64,000 nt of DNA, from sequence record NC_019410.1; one strand, given 5' to 3'. The position numbers and the translations under genes are program-made. The stretch's first letter is position 1. Every line of letters starts with the position of its first letter. Below, one piece after another: positions 19,966 through 28,970 of the stretch. Under the pieces are notes generated by a model. That model was not told the origin of the DNA. It searched no databases and saw only the letters and a list, made by a program, of their open reading frames with translations.

Positions 19966-20649
19966 TCAGGCGCCGGTCGAGCCGAAGCCGCCCGCGCCCC
20001 GTTCGGTGTCGTCCAGGCTATCGACCTCGACGACCGGCACGATCAGGCACTGTTCGAGGATGATCTGGGCGATGCGATCGCCGGGCTTGATCTCCACGGT
20101 CTCCCCGAAGAAGGGCGCGCCGAAGACGTCGGCCTGCTTGCCGTGGTGGGTCAGGATGACCTTGACCTCGCCGGTGTAATCCTCGTCCACCACGCCGGCC
20201 AGGACCCCGATGCCCTTGACGCCCAGGCCCGAGCGCGGGGCGACGCGGGCGTAGGTTCCCTCGGGCGCGGTGATCGAGAGGCCCGTCGACAGCAGGGCGC
20301 GATCGCCGGGGTTCAGGCGCACCGTCTTCTCGCCGTCGTAATAGACGTCCAGGCCGGCGGCCTTGGGCGAGCCGCGCGTCGGGAGCTTGGCGGTTTGGGT
20401 CAGACGCTTGACCTTCAGAACCGGGCCGTCGTGCTGCATCTTGGTCAACCCCCTCGCCTCCTCCCAGGACAGAAACTGGACGTCGCGCGTGAAACGCCCG
20501 TAGAGCACGACGTTCTGATCGACGCCCGAGCGGACGTCCACCTCGATGCCGGCGCCCCGAAGGGCGTCGGCGAGGGTGTAGGCCTGCTCAGCTTGCGCAG
20601 CCCTTTGATAGAAGACGGTAGCTCGGCCGTAAAGGTGGGTCGGGGACAT
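19966..20649 (-). CDS. dut: dUTPase (trimeric type) with a ~70-aa N-terminal extension
   Basis: AAGLDV, PRSGLG, GVVDEDYTGE, GDRIAQ and RGAGGFGSTG motifs. Confidence 0.95.
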   Translation of the reverse strand: MSPTHLYGRATVFYQRAAQAEQAYTLADALRGAGIEVDVRSGVDQNVVLYGRFTRDVQFLSWEEARGLTKMQHDGPVLKVKRLTQTAKLPTRGSPKAAGLDVYYDGEKTVRLNPGDRALLSTGLSITAPEGTYARVAPRSGLGVKGIGVLAGVVDEDYTGEVKVILTHHGKQADVFGAPFFGETVEIKPGDRIAQIILEQCLIVPVVEVDSLDDTERGAGGFGSTGA

Positions 20650-20666
20650 TATTTTCGGGCCTCTGG

Positions 20667-22100
20667 TTAACGGGGGATGTCGAGGTGATCGGCCAGGGCG
20701 TCGGCGCCTCCGATGAAGGCTTCCTCCTCGCCGCCCGCGTCCAGCAGGAAGATCATCGGCGAGGTGTTCCAGGTCGGGTGGCCCCAGTTCTGGCGGACGT
20801 CCTCGAACTTGGCGCGGCGGTCCTCGTCGCTGGGCTGGACGGCGTCATAGGGGATGCCCTCACGATCCAGGTAGGCCTTGGCCCGGTCGCAGTGCGGGCA
20901 GTTGGCCTTGGTGTAGACCCGGTATTCCGGCGCGCCGGCCGGCGCGGTGACCGCCACCTCGTCGAGGCGCTTGACCGACCAGTAACGCGGCGTCTCGGGG
21001 ATCGCGCAGACGCCATCCTCGGCGCAGCCGTCGTCCTCGGGCGGCGGCGTCCAGACCGGACGCTGAAGGAAGCTGAACGCCCGCTCCCAGCCGGGGATTT
21101 CGCCCTTGCCGTACTCCGTCGAGCGCTGCTCGAAGAAGTTGGTGTGGGTCGGGGCGTTCATGATCCAGTCGAGCCAGTCGAACGGATTGTCCTTGACGCC
21201 GTAGTTGGGCTTCAGGCCCAGTTGCAGCAGCCGGCGGTCGGCGATGTAGCGGATGTACTGCTTGGTGTCCTCGGGCGTGACGCCCTCGATCTGGAGTTTG
21301 CGGAACTTGCCCGAGCGGCGCTCGGCGCGGTTCTTCGCCGCCGGCTTGGCCTCGGCCATGTCCGGGGCGATCGCGAAGGCCTGATCGATGAACGCGTCTT
21401 CGAGGTCGACCATGGCGCGGCAGGCGTCATAGATGCGCTTCTTGGTCTCGTCGTTCCAGGAGCGCGGGTGCTCCTTGATCAACTCGTGCAGGAGCTTGAT
21501 CATCGACTCCACGTGATGGCTCTCGTCGCGGATCGACCACTCGACGATCGTGGTCATGCCCTTCATGCGGTTGCGGCGCTGGAAGGACATCAGCAGGGCG
21601 AAGGACGAGAAAAGCTGCATCCCCTCGCCGAAGGCCGAGAACACGGCGATGTCGACCATCAGGTCGGCGATCGAGTTGCCGCTGTCCCGATTGAACATGT
21701 ACTCGTGCTTCTCGCGCATCGCCTCGTAGTCGAGGAAGGCGCGGAACTCGACCTCGGGCAGGCCCAGGGTGTCGATCAGCGTCGAGTAGGCGTCGATGTG
21801 GTTGGCCTCGGCGGCGATGAACGCGCCCAGCATCATCCGCACTTCCGGGTGCGGGAAGCGCGGGCCGTACTTCTCGAAGTAGCCGCGCGCCACGTCGACG
21901 TCGGCCTGGGTGAAGAACCGGAAGAGTTGCGTCAGCAGGGACTTCTCGTCCGGCGTCAGCTTCTCGTTCCAGTCCTGGATGTCCTGGTCCATGGGGGCTT
22001 CGTGCGGAAGCCAGTGCATGGCCTGCATGGTCTTGTAGGCCTCATAGGCCCAGGGGTAGACGAACGGCTTGTAGTAGTCGCGGGACTTGAGCAGGGACAT
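20667..22100 (-). CDS. nrdB: Class Ia ribonucleotide reductase beta subunit with a C-terminal glutaredoxin (CPHC) fusion
   Basis: FFTQADVDV, EANHIDAY, EGMQLFSSF, WSIRDESHH and NFFEQRSTEY, then YTKANCPHCDRAK. Confidence 0.92.
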   Translation of the reverse strand: MSLLKSRDYYKPFVYPWAYEAYKTMQAMHWLPHEAPMDQDIQDWNEKLTPDEKSLLTQLFRFFTQADVDVARGYFEKYGPRFPHPEVRMMLGAFIAAEANHIDAYSTLIDTLGLPEVEFRAFLDYEAMREKHEYMFNRDSGNSIADLMVDIAVFSAFGEGMQLFSSFALLMSFQRRNRMKGMTTIVEWSIRDESHHVESMIKLLHELIKEHPRSWNDETKKRIYDACRAMVDLEDAFIDQAFAIAPDMAEAKPAAKNRAERRSGKFRKLQIEGVTPEDTKQYIRYIADRRLLQLGLKPNYGVKDNPFDWLDWIMNAPTHTNFFEQRSTEYGKGEIPGWERAFSFLQRPVWTPPPEDDGCAEDGVCAIPETPRYWSVKRLDEVAVTAPAGAPEYRVYTKANCPHCDRAKAYLDREGIPYDAVQPSDEDRRAKFEDVRQNWGHPTWNTSPMIFLLDAGGEEEAFIGGADALADHLDIPR

Positions 22101-22153
22101 GAAGGGGTCTCAGGAAAAGGAGGGAAGGGGAGGATGAAGGGGCCGCCGGCCCC

Positions 22154-24961
22154 TTACCCCTCACATGCCAAGCAGTCGGACGAGGCCGTCGGGTTGAGGG
22201 CCAGCATCGCGGCCTCCTCGGCGGAGCCCTCGGTCACGGGCTCCTCGGCGATCTCGATCTTCTTGCGCTCGACCTTGGCGTTGGTGTTCTCGGCCCGCTT
22301 GGGGGTCGACGAGCGCAGGTAGTAGAAGGACTTGACGCCGGCGCCCTCGCCCCAGCCCAGGAAGTGGAGTTCCGAGAGGTACTCGGCGTCCGCGTCGTGG
22401 GGCACGAAGACGTTCAGGGACTGGCCCTGGCAGATCGACTTGGAGCGGTCGACCGCGAGGGTCACGACCCAGCGCTGGTCCATTTCGCGGGCGGTCCGGT
22501 AGACCTTCAGGAGATGCAGGCGCTCGGCTTCCGGCATGGTCACGCCGTGCTCGGCCAGGAACTCGGGCGTGAAGTGCTGGATCGAGCCCTCGGCCGCGAC
22601 GATCGACTTCCAGACCGCCTCGGTGTCCAGGCCCAGTTCGCCCAGGCGCTTCTTCAGCCAGCGGTTCTTGACGGCGAACGAGCCCGACAGGGTCTTGTGC
22701 AGGAAGGTGTTGGCCGGGATCGGCTCGATCGACGGCGAGGTGCCCCCGCAGAGGATCGAGGACGAGGCGTTGGGCGCCACGGCCAGCTTGTGGGCGAACC
22801 GCTCGCCCGTGCCTTCCATGTCCGGCGCCTCGCCGCGCTCCTTGCCCAGCAGCAGGGAAGCCGCGTCGGCCTGCTTGCGCATGTGGACGAACAGTTCCAG
22901 GTTCAGCCGGCGGGCGGCGTGACTCTCGAACGGGATGTCCAGCATCTGGAGCAGCGAGTGGAAGCCGAGCAGGCCCAGGCCCACCGACCGTTCGCGCACG
23001 GCGCTGTAGGCGGCGCGGTGCATCTCGTCCGGCGCGTTGTCGATGAACACCTGGAGGCAGTTGTCCAGCATGCGCAGCAGGTCTTCGATGAAGGTCGGGT
23101 GATCCCGCCACTCCGGCCACTTCTCGGCGTTGACGCTGGAGAGGCAGCAGACGGCGGTCCGCATCTTGCCGAAGATGTCGCGGCCCGAGCCCAGCATGAT
23201 CTCCGAGCAGTTGCCCGTCAGATAGCCGTTGAAGACCAGACGGTTGCGCAGGGGCTCGGTCGCGCAGAAGACGTCGGCCTTGTGCGCGAGCGGGTGGACG
23301 TCGGCGACCGTCGCCGCCAGGATCGAGGCCACCCCGATCGCGGCATCGCGCGGCTCGATCGCGTGGGCCAGGACGATGCCGCGATCCGACAGGTAGGCCA
23401 CGTCCCACTCGGCGAGCGAGAAGGCGCTGACCGTGTCGGTCAGGCGGATGCGCGGGTGAAGGCCGGACTCGATGGCCATGAGGCGCATCTGGCGGATCAG
23501 GTCGACGTCGGTCGAGCCGACGGTCAGCCAGCGCGCGCCGTCGATCTCGACCCACTCGCCGGCCGCGTCCAGCGCGCCGGCCAGCCACGTCAGGCGGCGT
23601 TCGACAGTCCAGGCGAATGGCACCACGCCGGGATTGATCACCTGCGGGTCAAAGCGCAGGGTCGTGCCGTGCTCGTCGCCTTCCAGGTTGGTCGACAGCG
23701 TCGACAGGCGCTTGAGCACCTCGCCGGGCAGGGTCTCGGGCACGAAGGCCGACAGCCGGTTCTTGTCGTCGAAGCCAGCGAAGGTCGTCCAGCCGGCGGC
23801 ATAGGCCTGCTCGATCGGCGGCGTCGCGTCGGCCAGTCCCTCGATCACCGGCGCCTGGGCCTTGGCCAGCACGGTCCCGAGCTTCAGTTCGCCGGCCCGA
23901 ACCTCCACGCCGTCCTTGGTGTAGAACTTGTGGTAGGGGGTGCAGTCGAGATAGTCGCCGTCCTCGAACCAGACGCGCACCAGCGAGGCCTTCTCGTCGG
24001 TGGGGTTGGTCTGCTGGATCAGGACGCGGCTGAATTCCTCGCCGTTCCAGACGTCGTGGTATTCGCCCTTCAGGGCCTCGATCGGCAGGTGGCCGTTGCG
24101 GGTCAGGATTTCGGTCTCGCCGGTCACGCAGAGGTTCGACTGGCGGACCTTGAGGCCGAGCTTCTTCTGCGCCTCGGGGAAGTGGCGGTTGGAGGTGTCG
24201 ATGAAGTGGATGTAGGGCTCGCCCGTCTGCATCCGCGTCTCGATCAGCAGGCGCCACAGTTCGCGCGCCCGCTCGACGCGGATCACCTCGCCGGTCTTGG
24301 GCGAACGCAGGGCGAACTCGGTGTCGTCGCGCACCGCGATCATGAACTCGTCGGTGACGTTGACGGCGTTGTGCAGATTGGTGATCTTGCGGTTCTGGTC
24401 GCCGCCGGTCGGCTTGCGGGCCGTGATGAACTCGCGGATTTCCGGGTGGCTGATGTCCAGATAGACGGCGTTGGAGCCCCGGCGCGTGCCGCCTTGGCTG
24501 ACGGCGAGAATCAGGCGATCGTCCACCGCCATGAACGGGATCACGCCGGTCGACTGCGAACCCTTCGAGGTCTTCTCGCCCAGGCCGCGCAGGGCGCCGT
24601 AGTAGGAGCCGATGCCGCCGCCCATCGACGAGAGCCAGATAACCTCGTCATAGTGCTCGGAGATCGACTCGCGGCTGTCCTCGATCGCGGTGAGGAAGCA
24701 GGAGATCGGCAGGCCGCGCGCGGACCCGCCGTTCGACAGCAGGGGCGTGGCGAACATGAACCAGAGGTTCGAGACATAGTCGTAGAGCCGCTGGCCGTGC
24801 TCGGCGTCATCCGCGAAGGCCGCACTCGCGCGCGCGAAGGCCTCCTGGGGCGAGCTTTCCCCAGGCAGCAGATAGCGTTCACGGAGGGTCTGAAGGGTGA
24901 AGTCGTCGAGCAGGGCGTCGCGGGTGAGATCGATCTTGATTTCGGAGGGTGCGACAGCCAT
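22154..24961 (-). CDS. nrdA: Class Ia ribonucleotide reductase alpha subunit containing an intein
   Basis: ATG 24961 with RBS; ATP.LSNGG..RGLPISCF, SNL/CSEI, CCLSS.N, VAPNASSSI and CLACEG motifs. Confidence 0.93.
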   Translation of the reverse strand: MAVAPSEIKIDLTRDALLDDFTLQTLRERYLLPGESSPQEAFARASAAFADDAEHGQRLYDYVSNLWFMFATPLLSNGGSARGLPISCFLTAIEDSRESISEHYDEVIWLSSMGGGIGSYYGALRGLGEKTSKGSQSTGVIPFMAVDDRLILAVSQGGTRRGSNAVYLDISHPEIREFITARKPTGGDQNRKITNLHNAVNVTDEFMIAVRDDTEFALRSPKTGEVIRVERARELWRLLIETRMQTGEPYIHFIDTSNRHFPEAQKKLGLKVRQSNLCVTGETEILTRNGHLPIEALKGEYHDVWNGEEFSRVLIQQTNPTDEKASLVRVWFEDGDYLDCTPYHKFYTKDGVEVRAGELKLGTVLAKAQAPVIEGLADATPPIEQAYAAGWTTFAGFDDKNRLSAFVPETLPGEVLKRLSTLSTNLEGDEHGTTLRFDPQVINPGVVPFAWTVERRLTWLAGALDAAGEWVEIDGARWLTVGSTDVDLIRQMRLMAIESGLHPRIRLTDTVSAFSLAEWDVAYLSDRGIVLAHAIEPRDAAIGVASILAATVADVHPLAHKADVFCATEPLRNRLVFNGYLTGNCSEIMLGSGRDIFGKMRTAVCCLSSVNAEKWPEWRDHPTFIEDLLRMLDNCLQVFIDNAPDEMHRAAYSAVRERSVGLGLLGFHSLLQMLDIPFESHAARRLNLELFVHMRKQADAASLLLGKERGEAPDMEGTGERFAHKLAVAPNASSSILCGGTSPSIEPIPANTFLHKTLSGSFAVKNRWLKKRLGELGLDTEAVWKSIVAAEGSIQHFTPEFLAEHGVTMPEAERLHLLKVYRTAREMDQRWVVTLAVDRSKSICQGQSLNVFVPHDADAEYLSELHFLGWGEGAGVKSFYYLRSSTPKRAENTNAKVERKKIEIAEEPVTEGSAEEAAMLALNPTASSDCLACEG
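23210..24130 (-). mobile_element. Intein (307 aa) at the RIR1-b site, with a degenerate LAGLIDADG region
   Basis: QSNL|CVTGET...CTPYHKF...VFC...LVFNGYLTGN|CSEI; the +1 residue is the radical cysteine; WLAGALDAAG resembles block E. Confidence 0.92.
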
Positions 24962-25067
24962 GGGGTCTCGTTCTCGCGTCGAGGCGCGATGCGTTAAAAA
25001 GCCCTGAGAAATCAGGGCCTTAGATTGACAGCAAAGGATGGTTAAGATAGCCTGAGGGGTCCCGAAA

Positions 25068-25082
25068 GTCAAGATTCACGAC
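25068..25082 (-). promoter_or_regulatory. Recurrent motif / nrdA promoter (TTGACT...GCTATCTT on the minus strand) with TTAACCAT downstream
   Basis: GTCAAGATTCACGAC on plus; ATGGTTAA at 25038-25045. Confidence 0.65.
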
Positions 25083-25123
25083 ACTCGTGGACCCCTCAAA
25101 GATTCCTTGACAGCCCCTCGGAT

Positions 25124-25360
25124 TTACTCGTCGGCGAACTTCATTCCGGCCGCCTGGAGGATGTCCTTGGTATTGCAGGGCTTTCCATCCAGGAGGAAAC
25201 AGAGGCGGGTTTCGCGGACCCGATCCCCCAGCGCGGCGATCGCGCGTTCGAGGATCGTCATCCCATCGCCGAGGGGAGCGATCAGCGCTCCGGTCTCGCG
25301 CGGGAGGCGAGGGCCGCTGCCCTTCGCCTCCTTCGGGGCCTTGCTCCGCTTACCGGACAA
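25124..25360 (-). CDS. Hypothetical protein
   Basis: Operon-packed ORF with phage-typical codons. Confidence 0.6.
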   Translation of the reverse strand: MSGKRSKAPKEAKGSGPRLPRETGALIAPLGDGMTILERAIAALGDRVRETRLCFLLDGKPCNTKDILQAAGMKFADE

Positions 25361-25697
25361 CGCCAGCCACCCCCACCACCGCCTGGAACTCGGCCAGGGC
25401 TTGGTCGACGTCGTGCCCGGCGGCGATCTTCGCCGAGAGGTCCGCGACGGCGGTGTTGACCCGGTCGAGTTCGGCCTTGAAGTAGTCCGGGGTCTCCTTC
25501 AGGATGTTGACCAGCGCCAGGGTGACGATGTCGACCACCGGGATGCGGATGGTCTCCCCGTCGGCTTCGTTGAACGAGGCCAGCGACAGGCCGATGGTGA
25601 AGCCGCTCGGATTGTCCGGCGTCTCGGTCAGGGCCAGAACCGATTGGGCGAGCGCGCGCTCTTCTTGGACCTGGGTGTCTTCAGAGGGGGAGGTCAT
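25350..25697 (-). CDS. Hypothetical protein
   Basis: Operon-packed ORF. Confidence 0.65.
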   Translation of the reverse strand: MTSPSEDTQVQEERALAQSVLALTETPDNPSGFTIGLSLASFNEADGETIRIPVVDIVTLALVNILKETPDYFKAELDRVNTAVADLSAKIAAGHDVDQALAEFQAVVGVAGVVR

Positions 25698-25986
25698 GGG
25701 ATTCCTGCTGCATGAGGAGGGTGATGCGGTTGACGGCGTCGACTTCGCTGATCGGCCCGGCCTTCAGGAGGGCGTCGATCGTGTCGGCGATCACCCCCTG
25801 CTGGTCGAGGGTCATGATCGCGAGCCCGTAGAGCAGCGCCTGGGACGCGTGGCGCCGGACGCTCGGGGTGGTGTGGTGGATGATCAGGTCGGCCTCGGCG
25901 CGATCCCCGCTGGCGGGCACGAAGGCCGAGAGCGAGAATTCCGGGGCCAGATCGTCCGGGATATCGAGAGGGGCGGGGGAGGACAT
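25681..25986 (-). CDS. Hypothetical protein
   Basis: Operon-packed ORF with an RBS. Confidence 0.65.
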   Translation of the reverse strand: MSSPAPLDIPDDLAPEFSLSAFVPASGDRAEADLIIHHTTPSVRRHASQALLYGLAIMTLDQQGVIADTIDALLKAGPISEVDAVNRITLLMQQESHDLPL

Positions 25987-26053
25987 GCTCGGCTCCGGTG
26001 ATGTCGTGTCTCCTGACGATTGATGTCAGGATTCACGACATCGGTCAACAAGG

Positions 26054-27013
26054 TTAATTCGCCGCAGGGGCGTCCCAGACGGCTTCGCCCGGCACGAACT
26101 TGCGGAACTGCTGGAAGCCCCGGAAATTGCCCTGGTGCGCCTTGGTCAGCGCGGCGCCCGGACGGGCGGCGCGGGCTTGGTGCTCCAGCGGCGAGGCATG
26201 GACCGGCTGGGAGGCGGCCAGCTTCAGGAAGGTCCCGACGTCACGGGTGATCGAGGCCTTGGAGCCGTCGAAGTCGCGGTAGCTGGCGCGCGCGCAGCGC
26301 GACGCCGACGAGACGATCAGGAGGCGGTCGATCTCGGAGACCTCGCGCAGATTGACGAAGGCGAAGTCGATCAGACCCAGATTGTAGTCGGCCTGAGCCC
26401 GCTCGTTGCGCAGGAAGCGCGAGATCGTGTCGATGTCCTCTTCCAGGTTGATGAACGGCAGGTGCCATTCGCCCGGCCGCAGCAGGCGCGGGGTCTGGGC
26501 GTACAGGTCCGCCTTGATCCGTCGCGCCAGGGTCTGGATTTCGTCCTGGGCACCGGCGTCGTCGCGCAGGGTCAGGAAGTTGATCCAGTCGGTGGCCGAG
26601 ACCACGACCGAGATGTAGCCGAACCATTCGGTGGCGCGGTTGACCCACTGCTTATGGATGTTGAGGCCGCCTTCCTCGCGCGGCAGGCCCAGCTTGGCGA
26701 CGCCGGCGCGCACCGCGTCCGCCATCTCCATCCAGATCGCCTCGGCCGCCTCCTGGTCGGCGTTCGACAGATATTCGCCCGGTTGCATGCCCGGCTTGTT
26801 CTCGCGGAACAGCGGCACGTAGGGCTCGTCCAGCAGCATCTTCTTGAGCGGGATGGCCCGGCTCGACGAGGCGTTGCGGCTGAACACCCGATGGGTCATG
26901 AAGTCGGCGTGGACCATGCGCGGATAGCGCAGCAGCAGACTGTCCAGGCGCTTGCCGTCCTGGGTGATCGACGCGGCCAGCGGCGTCGTTTGAACGAAAT
27001 CGAGGGTCGGCAT
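26054..27013 (-). CDS. thyX: Flavin-dependent thymidylate synthase
   Basis: HADFMTHRVFSRNASSSRAIP signature; HASPLEH. Confidence 0.9.
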   Translation of the reverse strand: MPTLDFVQTTPLAASITQDGKRLDSLLLRYPRMVHADFMTHRVFSRNASSSRAIPLKKMLLDEPYVPLFRENKPGMQPGEYLSNADQEAAEAIWMEMADAVRAGVAKLGLPREEGGLNIHKQWVNRATEWFGYISVVVSATDWINFLTLRDDAGAQDEIQTLARRIKADLYAQTPRLLRPGEWHLPFINLEEDIDTISRFLRNERAQADYNLGLIDFAFVNLREVSEIDRLLIVSSASRCARASYRDFDGSKASITRDVGTFLKLAASQPVHASPLEHQARAARPGAALTKAHQGNFRGFQQFRKFVPGEAVWDAPAAN

Positions 27014-27016
27014 GGA

Positions 27017-27553
27017 TCAGTCCTGGGCGGCGTCGAGCACGATCATGGCGATCGCGTTGTGGAGATCGTCGATCCCCCGGTCGTTGGTGATGGTCCAGTC
27101 GGGGACGATCAGGTCCATCTCCAGTTCGGAGGCGTGCTGGGAGGCGGCGTCCTTGGTGACCTTGCGCGGGTCCTCGACGCGGATGATCCGGCCCTTCAGC
27201 GCCCGCACGGCGGCGGCCTCGTTCAGGAAGCGGCAGTCCGAGCAGACGACATGGCTGTAGCCGCCGGCCGCCCGCTTGAAGGCCTCGATCCAGGTGTCCG
27301 ACTCATAGGAGCGGAACATCTCGGTGCCGATCTTCTGGAGGATGTCGCGGGGGCTCTTGAAGGGGTAGCGGTCCAGGACCGTCTCCTTGAGCACCGGGTC
27401 CGACATTTCGAGGTCGGTCACGCCATAGGCGATCTTGGCGATCTCCCGCAGCGGGTCGGCGAAGTTGATGTGGCGGTAGCCGGCGGCTTCCAGGCGGCGG
27501 GCGGCCGTCGTCTTGCCGTGCCCGCGCTTGCCGGTGATGGCAATCAGGTCCAT
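27017..27553 (-). CDS. Deoxynucleoside monophosphate kinase
   Basis: ITGKRGHGKTT, FADPLR, PRDILQKIGTE, SDCRFLNE and HASE motifs. Confidence 0.9.
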   Translation of the reverse strand: MDLIAITGKRGHGKTTAARRLEAAGYRHINFADPLREIAKIAYGVTDLEMSDPVLKETVLDRYPFKSPRDILQKIGTEMFRSYESDTWIEAFKRAAGGYSHVVCSDCRFLNEAAAVRALKGRIIRVEDPRKVTKDAASQHASELEMDLIVPDWTITNDRGIDDLHNAIAMIVLDAAQD

Positions 27554-27562
27554 GGGGTTCTC

Positions 27563-28897
27563 CTAGCGAAGGATGGTGAGGGTCTTGGCCGCGCGGGTGA
27601 TGCCCGTGTAGAGCCACTTGTCTTCGTCGGCCCGGAAGCAGCCGCTTTCGTCGATCAGGACGACATCGTCCCACTGCGAACCCTGGCTGGCATGGCAGGT
27701 GATGGCGTAGGCCCAGTCCGCGACGATCGAGCTTTTCAGCGCCCGCCAAGCCTTCTGCTCAGGCGCGGTGTAGCCCTTGTTGGTGCGCGAGAAGTGCTCC
27801 TCGAACATCCCCTGGAACATCGTCTTGTCGTGGTACTCGACGCCGTTCTCGTCGCTGAACGAGCCCTGGAACGTCGCGTCGCCATGGGTGAACTCGACCG
27901 ACTTGAGCGAGGTCACTTCCGTGCCGTTGGTCAGGTCCGGGTTGTCGCGGACGTTCTTGCGGATGATCAGCGGCTCGTTCTTCTGCGGCCCCACGCGCTC
28001 GCCAGGGTACTCGACGTAGCCGAATTCCGAGCGAAGCTGCTGGTTGACGTTCCACCGGGTCTTGTTGCGGCCGACGATGAACTGCGGGCGGTCCTCGAAA
28101 TCGAAGACCTCCTCATATTCGGCGCGGCGCATGACCTTCACCCCGCTGCCGTAGTCGCGGAACGGCAGGTCCTTGCCTTCGCGCGCCAGGGTCGACAGGT
28201 GGATGATCGGATTGTCCTGGGCCTGCCGGTGGATTTCCGACAGGAAGAAGTCCGGATCATTGGCCAGCAGGCCCGCGTCGTCCTCGACCGGGGGAAGCTG
28301 ACCAGGATCGCCCATGGCGAAGATCGGCACCCCGTATTCCATCAGGTCGTCGGTCATCCGGCGCCCGACCATGGACGCCTCGTCGACGACGATCAGGCTC
28401 GCCAACTGGATGGCGCTGTCGGGGTTCAGTTGGAAGTTGATCTTGTCCTCGCGGTAGGCCGCGCTGAGTTCGGCCTCCAGGCGCTTGATCAGCTTCTTTT
28501 GCGTGAAGATGTGCTGGTCCTTGTCCGGATCGCCGCCTTCCATGGCGCAGATGTAGAGCGCTTCGCTGAGCGCTTCCCGGTGGTTTTCCAGGTCGGTTTC
28601 GAGTTGTGAGATCGGGGCCGGCTTGGCGCGGTAGATCGCCGAATGGATCGTGCCCGCGTTGGTGTTGGCGTAGCCCTGGGCCTTCAGCTTGGTCCGCATG
28701 ACCTTGGCGGCCTTGCCCGTCGGGGCGACGAAGGCCACGGTCTCGGGCGCGATGCCGAGGCTGTCGAGAATGAACGGCAGGATGGTGGACTTGCCCGAGC
28801 CGGCGAAGCCGGTCATCGTCGTCAGGGGTTGCCCGTCCTTGATCTTTTCGACAACGACCTTGCGGGCCGTGTCCTGTTGTGCGCTGAGCGTAGTCAT
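27563..28897 (-). CDS. SF1B (Dda/RecD-like) DNA helicase
   Basis: GFAGSGKST, VVDEASM, GDPGQLPP and AYAITCHASQGSQW motifs. Confidence 0.9.
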   Translation of the reverse strand: MTTLSAQQDTARKVVVEKIKDGQPLTTMTGFAGSGKSTILPFILDSLGIAPETVAFVAPTGKAAKVMRTKLKAQGYANTNAGTIHSAIYRAKPAPISQLETDLENHREALSEALYICAMEGGDPDKDQHIFTQKKLIKRLEAELSAAYREDKINFQLNPDSAIQLASLIVVDEASMVGRRMTDDLMEYGVPIFAMGDPGQLPPVEDDAGLLANDPDFFLSEIHRQAQDNPIIHLSTLAREGKDLPFRDYGSGVKVMRRAEYEEVFDFEDRPQFIVGRNKTRWNVNQQLRSEFGYVEYPGERVGPQKNEPLIIRKNVRDNPDLTNGTEVTSLKSVEFTHGDATFQGSFSDENGVEYHDKTMFQGMFEEHFSRTNKGYTAPEQKAWRALKSSIVADWAYAITCHASQGSQWDDVVLIDESGCFRADEDKWLYTGITRAAKTLTILR

Positions 28898-28970
28898 CGG
28901 AGACTTTCGGACGAGACGAGGGAACCCGCCCGGACGCGCCGGGCGGGTTGGTCGAAGAGATCAGGAGCGC

